NCBI GenBank assembly: GCA_963777605.1
Contig: CAVZRV010000028.1
Location: 1 to 64,000 of the forward strand
Reading direction: 5' to 3'
Origin: an uncultured Acidobacteriota bacterium
GTDB lineage: Bacteria > Acidobacteriota > UBA6911 > RPQK01 > JAPXNP01
Length of the DNA: 64,000 nucleotides
Both the position numbers and the translations under genes were made by a program. This document shows, piece after piece, positions 19,788 through 30,745 of this stretch (position 1 is its first letter; the number at the start of each line of letters is the position of its first letter). The notes beneath the pieces were generated by a model. It did not search any database, was not told where the DNA came from, and saw only the letters and a list, made by a program, of their open reading frames with translations.

Positions 19788-21051
19788 TTCTTCTCCTCCG
19801 CCGGCAGGGCAAAAACCACCAGTTTTCCGCTGAACGTGTCGTCATACTTGTTGCCCCCGCCGGCAGCAATCGCTACGTATTGTCTCCCTGATTTGGGTCC
19901 GAGGTAGGTCATCGGAGTGGCCATCCCGCTGGCCGGCAGTTCCGCTTTCCACAACACGCGTCCGGTGTCTTTGTCGAAAGCCCGGAACATGTGGTCATTC
20001 GTCGCCCCGATGAACACCAGGCCGCCTGCGGTCACGATGGCGCCGCCGATATTCGGCGCACCGGTTGGCGGAATCCCCTTTGCCGTCAACTCCTTGTACT
20101 CTCCCAGGGTCACCCGCCAGTTAAACGTGCCCCGATTGAGATCGATGGCCGTGAGGGAACCCCAGGGAGGCTTCTGGCGGGGGAATCGGTTCTTGTCCCA
20201 GAAGAATTCATACCCCAGAGAACGCAATGCGTATCCGATCTCCGAGTTGGGCGGGCGCTCGACCAGCCGGAAGATCCCGCCCACGTCCATCGAGTTGACA
20301 TAGAGCGTATCGGTCTCCGGATCGAAGGCCCCCGTTCCCCAGTCCGAGCCACCGTTGAGCCCGGGAAAGAGGATCGTCGGCTGCTCGGTGATCGGGTTGA
20401 AGACGACGGTGTCCGCATCGGCCCCCTTGGCGATCTCCAGGCACTCAGTTCGAGATTCCGGGGTAACATCCGTGAACTCATCCAGTGACATGGTCTGCCG
20501 GGCAACCGGGGGAGGTAAGACCGGATGGGGCTGCGTCGGCCACGACTTCTCTCCCGGCACGGGAGAAGGGGGAACCGCACGTTCCTCGACTTCGAATAGC
20601 GGCTCGCCGGTTTCCCGGTTCAGCACAAAGACGAATCCTTGCTTGGTCACCTGTGCAACCGCCGGCACGGTTATTCCGTCCCGGACGACCTCGACCAAGG
20701 CGGGCTGAGCCGGCAGGTCCCAGTCCCACAGCTGCTGGCCGGTTTCCGGGTCGAGAGCAAACAGGTGAACGAACGGGGAGGTCACGTAGAGGATCCCGTC
20801 CACCAGGATGGGCGTCGCCTCGAACGCCGATCGCGTGGGATAGACGTCCCCCCGGCTCACTCCCCGTGATCGAAAACCCAGGCAACCTGCAACTGATCAA
20901 TGTTCCGCTTGTTGATCAGCTTCAATGGAGAATACTGCCTTCCGCCCGGATCCCCGCCGTAGTGTTCCCAACCTTGCCCCGCCACCGGAGTGACCCCCAG
21001 GACGGAAGCGACGAGCAAGCCAACTATCGACGATAGGCGAATCGTTCTCAT
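19784..21051 (-). pseudogene. PQQ-dependent (glucose) dehydrogenase, frameshifted and internally deleted
   Basis: WEHYGGD..G.QYSPL; ATPILVDG; QQLW joined directly to DWDLPAQP; KPPWG; ATPMTY; frame change near 20858. Confidence 0.85.
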
Positions 21052-22121
21052 AGGCACCCCGTTCCTCAAACGCCGGGCCACGACGCGTGTCTCGAAAGGC
21101 GGCGTTCCACTCCTCACACGTCATGCTTACCCTGCTCGTGGAATTGCAGTTGCTCCCAAGTCGGAGGAATTCAAGCGAGAATCGTGCATCAAGGGTACCG
21201 TGGGGGCAGCCTCGTTTCCAGAAAATTCCTGTCCTACGAGAGACCAGCACCGATCTTGTTGAACCCTTCAACAATCACGACCATCGAAATAGTGATAACA
21301 GAACGGAATGGCCTCGCATTGTCACCGCCGCTGCGATCATTGCGAATGGCGGACGCGCGCGCTGGATTGGCCTTGGTGTATGTGGTGTTGGAACCTTCTT
21401 CTTCTGGTCTCCTGTGCGTTGAGCGCACAGGCAGTTACGGCACAGGAGCCGTACCGAATTCGAACCAGTGGCGCCACGTTCGATGGGTCACACCCGGCGG
21501 CACCTCTCTCGCTGGCAAGACCAATGCGCTGATGACATTGAAGAAACTCTCATCGGAGGCCGCCGGGATCAGTTCAGTCGCCAGGTGGCCTTCCGAAGCA
21601 CTGTCTCGAATCAACCAACTGGCGTGGGCACGTAAGTGTTGGTCGAAAGCCCGTCAAATCCTGGGAGGGATAATGGTTTCGAGAAGATCCAGGTCAGGGT
21701 ATCGAGTAAAGGGAGCCGTCTTAACTGCCGCAACGTCTATTTCTCTACACCGGATGCCCAATGGGATGTGACTCGCACTGAGCGAATCCATGAACGGGTC
21801 ATGGCGGGAGCCCGATCCGATCCGGATGTTTCCGGGGACTTGGGCCTTTTGAGACAATACTCGCCGCGATTGGCTCATGAGAACCAGCAGGATCAGGGTC
21901 GAGACAACAGGGTTTCGGATCAGCGAAGAGATGAGAAGGACGCTCGTACATCTATTCATTTCGATCTTCATCTTCGGAGCCGCAACCTCGCCCACGAAAC
22001 CTGAGAGTGCCCAACGGCCTGAGCGAGAAGAGAGGCGCCCAAGCTAGGCGTCAGGGCTCACAGCGACTCCACTGCCGCGCCACACGCCCCAAGGCCCTGC
22101 TCGGTTTCGACCTTCGTTTCG

Positions 22122-23096
22122 TTGGCTGGTTCGATGTGTGGATCGATGGGAATGAAGCTGCGGAGACGAAGTCACTATCTCCAGCCTCATCCGCCCCGAG
22201 CAAGCAACTCGGGCGACACGAAACTCGTACGTCGCAAAGTATCGTTGCCGGTTGTCGGTGATTCACACGATAAGGTCGGGGTCAGCATCAAGTTTCTTAC
22301 CGGAGAGGGCAGATTCATGATCGATTGGGCGATCAGAGATCGCGTCCGGCAGAACTTGCTCCGGTCGGAAGGCAAGTTGAAGGCTTCCCTCATGTACAGC
22401 GATGTACCTGTCAGGATGAAGCCGAACACGGTTGCGGATATCGATGAGGAGGTGACGCCCTCCGTTATTCAGATGAAGGGAGAGGACGGAGACGGGCTCA
22501 ACCTGAAATTGCTCATCAACATTCCTCCATTTACAACCTCGAGAACGAAGCCTGACCTACCCCAGGTATCACATCATCCGTCAGATGATCCATGCTTTTG
22601 CCTTGGACGGTCGGGTGACTCAATTGGGCGTCACAGCCTTCAACATCCTGAATGAACGGCGATTGTTTGTGACTGATTTGGCTCCGAAGCTGGATCTGAC
22701 GACATTTCGAGAATCCGTCTTCGATTCCTTCGACTCAAATGTCGTCCGATCGGCTGGCTATTCGATGAAGCGGCGCCAGCGATTTGTCGCAGAGATGCTG
22801 AACCAGGAACTGGAAGCGGGACTAACCTGGACGGGATCGTCTTCATCGGCCCCTCGGTGTTTGGGGACGACAAGAGGCTCTTCGATCTGGTAGATCGGTC
22901 GATCGATAACAAAGGCCGTTTCTACTATGTGCGCTTTCCGGGTGGTCCAAGCCCGTCAGTGGAAGCGGATCCTCTCTCCCGTTTCGTGGAATCCCGAGGA
23001 GGGTCGTTCTTCAACATCCGCAACCCCTACGAAATGGCTCGCTCGGTCAACGGAATCCTGACCTACATCCAACGAGTTCAGGCAAACGTTCCCTGA
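22122..23096 (+). pseudogene. Degraded or frameshifted hypothetical gene
   Basis: Three overlapping + strand ORFs (22122, 22585, 22857) tile the region; no family recognised. Confidence 0.35.
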
Positions 23097-23139
23097 AAAC
23101 CTCTGCTTTGTGCCCATTACGATTTCTCTCCCCGGAAGA

Positions 23140-23217
23140 GGGGACAGACTGGTTTTCGGTGTTTCTCGGAGTCTCTTTGCGAGAGGTACAATTGAGAGCG
23201 AAAAGCAGTCTGTCCCC
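23140..23217. repeat. Empty inverted-repeat element bounded by GGGACAGACT motifs
   Basis: ggggacagactggttttcg...cgaaaagcagtctgtcccc; 18 of 19 positions complementary. Confidence 0.85.
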
Positions 23218-23385
23218 TATAATCCCGCTATCCACCGCTTTCCGGATCGGTGCCCATCGGGAACATCAGGGTCGGCTCCCCGTGACCAATTTGCATCTCC
23301 TCATTCAACAGATGTTGGTGTTTCGCTGACGGTGGCCGCCCAATAGAATTGTCTTGGAGCCAGCTAACAGATTGGAGGCCGGGAA

Positions 23386-24291
23386 ATGACACGAAACCAG
23401 AAGTTCTCGCGACGAACTTTTGGGGGGACGAGTTCGGGGCTGATCTGCGGTGTGGTCGCTGCATCCGCCCTCGGGGTCCAAGGGCCCAGGAGAAGTGAGG
23501 AGACAGTGCTCGATGCTCACATGCACCTCGAGTCCTTCGGGACCTACTGGGAGGGCCTGGAAGATGAGATTGTCGAGCACTACGACTATGCCGGCGTATC
23601 GAAGGGCGTCGTCTTTACCGCGTGGACCCCTTCGAAAGAGTCGAACGACCGGACACTCGCCGCCTGCCGAAAGTACCCGGATCGCTTTATCCCGTTCGGC
23701 CATGTGAGGGCTGAAGACGATTACTGGGAGGCCGAACTGGAGCGCATTGGAGAGCTCGGCTGGAAGGGGATCAAGCTTCACCAGAGCGAGATCAGCCGTG
23801 GACCCGACCTCGAAGAGAAGACCCGGTTGGTTGTGGAGAAAGCCTCCAAGAGCGGAATTCGCATCGTGCTCTTCCACCTTGAGAATCTCGATATGATCGG
23901 CCGGCTTGCCAGGGGTTTTCCGGATATCACCTGGATTATTCCCCACATGGGCTCATCCGAAAAGCTCGACAAGATGAAGGCTTATTGTGAATTGGCCAGG
24001 GAAAGACCCAACGTCTACCTGGACACCTCGGGAGCCCAATACCACCGGTTCGGGCAGCAGATTCAGTGGGCGGGTGTCGAGAAGATCCTTTTCGCCTCCG
24101 ACGGTTTCTGGTTCAGTCCGGCCGTCGAAAAAGCCAAAATCGAGATCCTCCAGCTTCCGACTCCCTTTCAAACTCCGAGGCTGACCGATTCTGAGGTATC
24201 CATGATTCTAGGGGGAAATTCTGACGAGAATCCTGCGGCTGTGACTGCTTCCCGGAATTGCCGAACTCTTGCCAGGCAGACTCCCCAGTGA
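23386..24291 (+). CDS. Amidohydrolase_2 family protein with Tat signal
   Basis: SRRTF; DAHMH; KGIKLH; PHMG; NVYLDTS; KILFASD. Confidence 0.9.
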   Translation: MTRNQKFSRRTFGGTSSGLICGVVAASALGVQGPRRSEETVLDAHMHLESFGTYWEGLEDEIVEHYDYAGVSKGVVFTAWTPSKESNDRTLAACRKYPDRFIPFGHVRAEDDYWEAELERIGELGWKGIKLHQSEISRGPDLEEKTRLVVEKASKSGIRIVLFHLENLDMIGRLARGFPDITWIIPHMGSSEKLDKMKAYCELARERPNVYLDTSGAQYHRFGQQIQWAGVEKILFASDGFWFSPAVEKAKIEILQLPTPFQTPRLTDSEVSMILGGNSDENPAAVTASRNCRTLARQTPQ

Positions 24292-24542
24292 GCAGCGGAG
24301 AAAGGGACAGGCTGCTATCCAGGACTGTCGGCACCGATGTTCGTCGGGCCGTTAAGTCTGCCCAGAAATTCCCCGAGTTGATGGCAATGCAGCAGCATGC
24401 AAATGCTGGCTCTCAATCCGCATCAATCTGGAAACCGGGGTTGATCCCACCGGCATTGCGCGCCTCGTTCCCGCGGGTCCCATCCGTCCCGCAGCGACAC
24501 TCCTGAAATGACAAGTTCGCTTAGACTTGCTAGCCTCACAAG

Positions 24543-25690
24543 GTGACCGTCAAGAGATGGGTGAAGGCTGTCGTGTTGCTCTCCGTTTTCGGCTTCACGC
24601 TCGCCTCTGGCTGGGGAGCCGTGAGGGTCGAAAGAGACCCCGCAGCGGGCTTCCACTGGCCCTATTACCTTTCGATCCCCGCTGCGGTTCGGGAACAGGC
24701 CGAAACAGGCGGTATCGTCCACATCCTCGTGGTTCCAAACAACAGCGGCAAGACATCCAAGGACCTGTCCTACCAGGAAGAGCACCTGGTCAGAGCGATC
24801 GACCAGAACTATGCTCCGCTCGCCGGGGCCGTGGGCACAGTTCTGCTCTGCCCCGTTTTCCCGCGACCCTCTGCGCACTCTCGCCTCTACACCCACGCTT
24901 TGGACCGCGACAGCCTCACGACCGACCTTCACGACCTTGAACGGCTGGACCTCCAACTGATCGCTATGTTCGACCATGCCGCTCAGAGTCTCGAGAGCTC
25001 AGCGGCTGGAAGGTTTGCCGAAGAATACTGATCGTCGGCTTCTCCGCGTCCGGCATGTTCGCCAACCGGTTCACGTTTCTGCATCCCGGCCGCGTTCTGG
25101 CGGCTGCGATCGGGTCTCCCGGCGGCTGGCCCATTGCCCCCGTCGCCGTTTACCACGATCATCAACTTCGATATCCGATCGGCATCGCAGACGTCGAGGA
25201 ACTGATCGGCCGTCCGGTCGACTTGGCTGAACTCCGCAAAGTCCCCCTCCTGATCTTCATGGGTGATCAGGACGAAAACGACTCGGTCGACTACCAGGAT
25301 GGATACGAGAAGCAGGATCGCAAATTGATCGACCGGCTCTTTGGATCCTACCCGGTCGAGCGGTGGGAAGATGCCGAGATTCTGTACCAGTCGGCGGGCT
25401 TGCGGGCCGAATTCAAGCTGTTTCCTGGAATCGCCCACACGATGAGCCCCAGCATGATCCGCGACGTCACTCAATTCCTCACACAGCAACTGAAAAGACA
25501 GAAGAAAAAGGGACAGGCTGTTTCTCAGGTTGCTGGGACACCAGGTTCCCCAAGTTCCCGGACGTACTCGCTCGGAGTTTTCGATCACTCCTCCGGAAAA
25601 GACCAAGTCCGGTCTTCCGGCCGGGATCCGGATCATGAGATCCTACGGAGAGAATGTCACATGGTGCGGTCTCACGGATACTCTGAGTGA
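24543..25690 (+). pseudogene. Secreted alpha/beta hydrolase split by a frameshift near 25020; C-terminus reads through a GGGACAG motif
   Basis: YTHALDR...RLDLQLIAM, then GFSASG nucleophile elbow and FANRF in the second frame; H in GIAHT. May be a sequencing error. Confidence 0.7.
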
Positions 25691-25798
25691 CCTCGTCGGA
25701 AGGCTCACACCGTCTTGTTGGTAGTTAACCTGAACCCTTCTGAACCTCCGCAGTTCAGTCGTTCAGACCGGATATCCGGATCCGGGAGAGGATCGGAA

Positions 25799-28216
25799 AT
25801 GTCTGAAAGAGCCACAATGCAACGGCGACACTTCCTGGGATGCCCGTTGCTGATTGCCCTCGGAACGGGCGCTTCACCTCAAGGTTCCGGCACATCGTCG
25901 AAAGTCGCGAAAAACGCGGCCCTGGAGATTGAAACCGGAAAGCTCAAGGCCAGCTATGACCTTGGAGCGGGTCGATGCAGCCTGCTAACGGCGGCCGGCC
26001 GGCCGCTGCTCCTCAATGCCACCTGCGGCGTGATGCTTGAACGCTCCTGGGTTTTGGCGTCAGATTCTGCCTACGCCCGCCAGGGACGTGTCGAATACTC
26101 CCGAAAAACCGGAATTGAGGGTCCGCAATTGGTCATCGAGTGCAGTGACTCGACCGGGAAGCTGGATCTGGAGACCCGCATCACTTTGCTCGAAGACGAA
26201 GTCGGTGCGGTGTTCGAATTGACGCTGGTCAACTCCTCCTCCCAGGACATCTGGGTGCGGCATGCCGAGCCGTTGCGTGCTTTGCTGGAAGAGCACTCCG
26301 GCTGCTTCTTTGCCGCCGATGGCCACTATTCGAGCGCTTTCTGGGCGCTCACCAACGGCTACCAGTACTATGATCCAGGAGAACTGATCTTCCTGAAGTG
26401 GATCGGACGGCGCAGTATCGAGAGCTTCTGGAATGCGGCTTTTCACGATCCCGAATCCAGGCAGACGCTGGTCGCCGGCTATCTTGAGAACCGCCAGTCG
26501 GAGGGCCGCATCAGTGCCGTCCTGGATGTCCCCTCGGCCTGGAAGGACGGTCAGGCCGCGTTCAGCCTGACCGCGCGTTCGCTCTACAACACCTACTTTT
26601 CTTTGCGGGCGGGCGGCAAGGTGAATTCGGGGCGATTTCTCTTCATGGTCTCGCCTGACGGTTTTTCTGGCCTCGAATCGTTTGCCTCCAAGCAGGGCAG
26701 ACTGCAGGACTACAAGCCGGCAACTCCTTTGAACGGATGGACTTCGTGGGCATATTCCGGCTGGCAGGCCACCGAGGACGAGCACCTCGCCAATGCCCGC
26801 TTCATGGCGGAGCACTTGAAGGCATACGGACTGGAGTGGGTGCAGATCGACGACGGATACCAGAGGGCATTCGGGGATTGGGAAGGCAACGAGCAATATC
26901 CCCACGGCATGAAATGGCTGGCTGGCCAGCTTAGAGCGCTGGGCCTGAAGGCAGGCCTATGGGTGGCTCCCGGCGTGATCGACGAAGGCACTGAAGTTGC
27001 CCGGGACCATCCCGAGTGGCTCATTCGCGATGCTTCGGGAAACCCGCATATCCTGGGCAGTCCACGGGGAAAGTACGCTCTGGACATCACTCATCCGGAA
27101 GCGCGCCGGTGGGTCTACGAACTGTTCCGGCGTATCACGGACGATTGGGGTTACGACTTCATTAAAATTGACTTCGTGGAGTGGAGCCTGCTCGCCGCCG
27201 AGCGTTACTACGATCCCGGAATCGGCAAAGCGGGAGCCTATCGCCTGTTCATGGAGACCGTCCGGTCGGCCATCGGTCCGGACCGGCACATCCTCGACTG
27301 CGGGCCAAGCCCGGTCGTAGTGGGCCTTGTGGACAGCATGCGCATTGAACTCGACCAGGCTCACGACTGGACTCAGTACGCCAGGAACTCCAACAGCACC
27401 GCTCCCGCTGTGGCGCGACGATACTTCTTCAACCGGCGCACCTGGGTGAATGACGCCGACCATATTCAGCTCTGGCGACTGCCCCTCCCACAGGCCCAGG
27501 CTGCAGTCACCATCACCGCTCTGTCGGGGGGCAACATGATCTCCTCGGACCGGCTCGTCAGCCTCCCTCAGGAGAAACTCGAGATCTTGAAGAAGGGCTT
27601 TCCCGCATATGGCGAAGCCGCAAGACCACTGGACCTGTGGGAGAGACCGTTTCCTGAAGTCTTCGCACTTCCCGTGCACACGGAATTCGAACGTTGGTGG
27701 GTTGTGGGGTGCTTCAACTGGGACGAGCGATCGTCGATGCAGCGGGATTTCGATTTGAACTCGCTAGAAAATCTGGGTCTGGATTCGAAGGAGTCCTACC
27801 ACGTCTTCGACTTCTGGACCCAGCAGAATCTTGGCACAGCTGACCCCGGCCGGGCCATGTCATTGAACTCCGAGCCGTCGTCCGTTCGGCTCCTCGCAAT
27901 CCGCAAGAACACCGGCATACCCCAGGTTATCGGGACCGATCGTCATTTCACACAGGGTGCGGTGGAGTTGGAAGGAGTCCGCTGGGAAAGCATTTCTCGG
28001 ACTCTCTCCGGCACGGCACTGGGCGCCCCGGCGATGGAGTGGACCATGGTGGTCCACGTGCCCGAGGGATTCACATGGGATCAGCGGAGTCGCCGGTACC
28101 GTGACTACGCCGGCTTCTCAGTCGCCGCCCCGGCAAAGGGGACTCTGGAGGTTCACTTCGTGTTCGGCGAAGCCGACAGGGTCGATTGGTCGTTGGAATT
28201 CGTCGAGAGCGCCTGA
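25799..28216 (+). CDS. Alpha-galactosidase (GH36/GH27 clan D) with Tat signal
   Basis: QRRHFL; GWTSW; QIDDGYQ; GLWVAP; LDITHP; FIKIDF; MRI..D; NDAD. Confidence 0.88.
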   Translation: MSERATMQRRHFLGCPLLIALGTGASPQGSGTSSKVAKNAALEIETGKLKASYDLGAGRCSLLTAAGRPLLLNATCGVMLERSWVLASDSAYARQGRVEYSRKTGIEGPQLVIECSDSTGKLDLETRITLLEDEVGAVFELTLVNSSSQDIWVRHAEPLRALLEEHSGCFFAADGHYSSAFWALTNGYQYYDPGELIFLKWIGRRSIESFWNAAFHDPESRQTLVAGYLENRQSEGRISAVLDVPSAWKDGQAAFSLTARSLYNTYFSLRAGGKVNSGRFLFMVSPDGFSGLESFASKQGRLQDYKPATPLNGWTSWAYSGWQATEDEHLANARFMAEHLKAYGLEWVQIDDGYQRAFGDWEGNEQYPHGMKWLAGQLRALGLKAGLWVAPGVIDEGTEVARDHPEWLIRDASGNPHILGSPRGKYALDITHPEARRWVYELFRRITDDWGYDFIKIDFVEWSLLAAERYYDPGIGKAGAYRLFMETVRSAIGPDRHILDCGPSPVVVGLVDSMRIELDQAHDWTQYARNSNSTAPAVARRYFFNRRTWVNDADHIQLWRLPLPQAQAAVTITALSGGNMISSDRLVSLPQEKLEILKKGFPAYGEAARPLDLWERPFPEVFALPVHTEFERWWVVGCFNWDERSSMQRDFDLNSLENLGLDSKESYHVFDFWTQQNLGTADPGRAMSLNSEPSSVRLLAIRKNTGIPQVIGTDRHFTQGAVELEGVRWESISRTLSGTALGAPAMEWTMVVHVPEGFTWDQRSRRYRDYAGFSVAAPAKGTLEVHFVFGEADRVDWSLEFVESA

Positions 28217-28400
28217 ATCGACGAGGCCGGGGGCCATATCGAGTGGCTTCCGTCAACAACGACCATCTGGAAAAGTTGGTAGTTGCCCAGAAGCGGCTCT
28301 TCTCTTCAGCGGAGAGCAACCTGCGAAGTAGCGGTGGACCCAGGCATCGCCGGCGTTTGAGGCTGTCGAAAGAGTCTTCCTTGACTCCGAGAAAGTGACC

Positions 28401-30428
28401 CTACTTCTTCTCCAGGAATATGCCCTGAGCCTCCTTGATCGCTGCGGTCGGGCCCACCAGGATAACCCGCTCTCCCGCTTCGATCAGCGTCTCACCTCGA
28501 GGGGCCACGAATTCCTTTCCGCGGATCACCGCGGCAATCACGCACTCGTAGGGGATTTTGATTTCGCGGACACGCATTCCAACCACCCGCGCCGTTTCCT
28601 GAACGGTGACACCCAGGAGACTGGCAACTCCGGTTCCCAACTCGAACAACTGTGCGACACCGGGCCGGTCGAGAAAGTTCTCGACCATGGCCGCGGTCGC
28701 CCAGGGCGAACTGATCGCTAAGATCCCATTTTCCTGCAGAAGATCGATGTAGTCTGGATCCTGGACGATCGCGATGACCTGCTTCATGCCGACTCGCTTG
28801 GCCTGGAGAGCGACGATGAGATTCCGTCCGTCGTCTTCCGACGCGGCGATCGCCACATCGACATTTTCAACCCCTACCTGTTCGAGTAGCCCTTTCTTGG
28901 TTCCGTCACCCTGAAAAATGGGCACGCTGAAGCGCTTCTCCAACAACTGGCAAAGCTCATCCTTTTCCTCGATGAAGGTGATCTTGTGTTCCGCCGCGCG
29001 AAACATCAAACGATACTCGTCCTTCGCCAGGAGCCGCTCAGCAATCGCCCGGCCCTGTTTACCTCCGTCTATGATTAGAACTCGCATACGCGTTCTCCTT
29101 AAGCCATCAATCCAGCGCTTAACTGAATAGAAACTCTCTCCAAGTTTGAGTATCTCAGCCCGATTTGCAGGTCGCATCAGATAGATGACGCTTCCCAGGA
29201 CCGTTAGTCCACCCCCGAGCAGGAAGCTTCGCAACTCCAGAGCCGGAACAAACATCCAGGTCGTCATGACGCCAAGTATCGGAACCAGAGGGAACAGTGC
29301 GACTCGAAAGGGGCGCCGAAGATTTGGCAACCGGCCGTGCAGCGCAATAACCGAAAAATTGACAATGCCGAGTCCCATCAAGTACCCGAAGTCGCTGACG
29401 GAGGCCACAAATTTCACGATTCCGGTGGAGCAGAAAATCACCACGAAAATCGCACAAACGAGCAGTGCGATATGCGGAGTTTGGAAGCGACGGTGTAACT
29501 TCGCGAAGAAGGCCGGAAAATGCCGGTCCCGCCCCAGGGCATAGAGGACTCGGGCGCTGGCTCCCAGGGTCACACTGAAAGCCGAGAGGCTCGCCATCAC
29601 AGTCGCGATGACCGCCGCCCATCGTCCCCACCCTCCAAAAAGATAGTCCGCAACATAAATGAAAGGAACATCACTTTCTGCAAGTTCGTGGGAGGGCACA
29701 ACGGCCATCATGACTCCGACCACGAACACGTAAATCACGGTAGCAACGGCGAGCGTAATCAGGATCGCCCGGGGAATCGTCTTCCCGGGATTGATGATTT
29801 CCTCCGCCGCCACGGTGATGAGTTCGAATCCGACGTAGGAAATGTAGATGAGCGCCATGGCGGGCACGAACGGGGCAATTCCCATCGGGGCGAACGGAGT
29901 CAGGTTCGGGGCCTGGACGTGGAAAAATCCGAGCGCCGCCACCCCGATCAGAATGGCCAACTCGATGAGGTTCATAACTGTGATGACTATCAGCGCTTCC
30001 GACATGCCTCGAACGTTGACCGCGGCGAAAACCACCGTCGTCAAGAGGGCCACCAAAGCGATGTTGGCGTTTTCCCAGAAATAGGCACGAACGGTGAGAG
30101 CGAAGATCAGCGCGTACATGGCACAGGCAAGGGTGTTCCCAACCCAGAAGAACCAACCGGTGAAGAAGGCTAGGGAACGAGGGAGGGTCCGGCTCGCAAA
30201 GGAGTAGCCTCCTCCGGCAAGGGGTATCGCCGCCCCCAGTTCACTGTAGTTGAGCGCCGTAAACACGGTCACGAGACCCATCGCGAGATACGCGAGAATT
30301 CCCAGTGGGCCAACCATTCGAGCCAGTTCCCCAGGCAGGGCGAAGATCCCGGGTCCCATCATGGCGCCGATTCCAATCATGATCGCCATAAAAAGGCCAA
30401 TGTTCCGCTTGAACCCGACGCTTTCCAT
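28401..30428 (-). CDS. APC-family amino acid permease fused to TrkA-N/TrkA-C domains
   Basis: IGAMMGPGIF, ELGAAIPLAGGGY, GFE...AEE, many TMs; then GDGT, DVAIAA..DD..N, IRG...PRGET.IEAG. Confidence 0.9.
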   Translation of the reverse strand: MESVGFKRNIGLFMAIMIGIGAMMGPGIFALPGELARMVGPLGILAYLAMGLVTVFTALNYSELGAAIPLAGGGYSFASRTLPRSLAFFTGWFFWVGNTLACAMYALIFALTVRAYFWENANIALVALLTTVVFAAVNVRGMSEALIVITVMNLIELAILIGVAALGFFHVQAPNLTPFAPMGIAPFVPAMALIYISYVGFELITVAAEEIINPGKTIPRAILITLAVATVIYVFVVGVMMAVVPSHELAESDVPFIYVADYLFGGWGRWAAVIATVMASLSAFSVTLGASARVLYALGRDRHFPAFFAKLHRRFQTPHIALLVCAIFVVIFCSTGIVKFVASVSDFGYLMGLGIVNFSVIALHGRLPNLRRPFRVALFPLVPILGVMTTWMFVPALELRSFLLGGGLTVLGSVIYLMRPANRAEILKLGESFYSVKRWIDGLRRTRMRVLIIDGGKQGRAIAERLLAKDEYRLMFRAAEHKITFIEEKDELCQLLEKRFSVPIFQGDGTKKGLLEQVGVENVDVAIAASEDDGRNLIVALQAKRVGMKQVIAIVQDPDYIDLLQENGILAISSPWATAAMVENFLDRPGVAQLFELGTGVASLLGVTVQETARVVGMRVREIKIPYECVIAAVIRGKEFVAPRGETLIEAGERVILVGPTAAIKEAQGIFLEKK

Positions 30429-30464
30429 GCGGGCTGATCATATCAGCGCCGTGGGCACGACCCA

Positions 30465-30605
30465 AGCGGGATCCCGGCCAAAGGCAAGACGGTCGAAATC
30501 GACGGTCTGACTCTCGTCCGGATGAAGAACGGCAAGAACGCCGAAGAATGGGACTTCTTCGACAATCCGGAGTTCTCTCAACAACCGGGATTGATTCTCC
30601 GCTGA
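30465..30605 (+). pseudogene. Ester cyclase (SnoaL-like) C-terminal fragment
   Basis: GKTVEIDGLTLVRMKNGKNAEEWDFFD, translated by eye. Confidence 0.55.
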
Positions 30606-30745
30606 CGGCCCCGGTCAGAAACGCCACCCTTTGGTTTTGACTTCAGGGGTCTTCAAGTATTTCTCGAAGAACTCCAGGCGGGTCGGGTCGGTGACCGGCT
30701 TGGACTTGAAGGTGGTGCCCAGTTCCATGATCTCCGGTTTTTGAG

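Noticed and set aside
29815-29835. gttcgaatcc tRNA T-loop-like sequence
   Set aside because: Inside the permease CDS with no cloverleaf.
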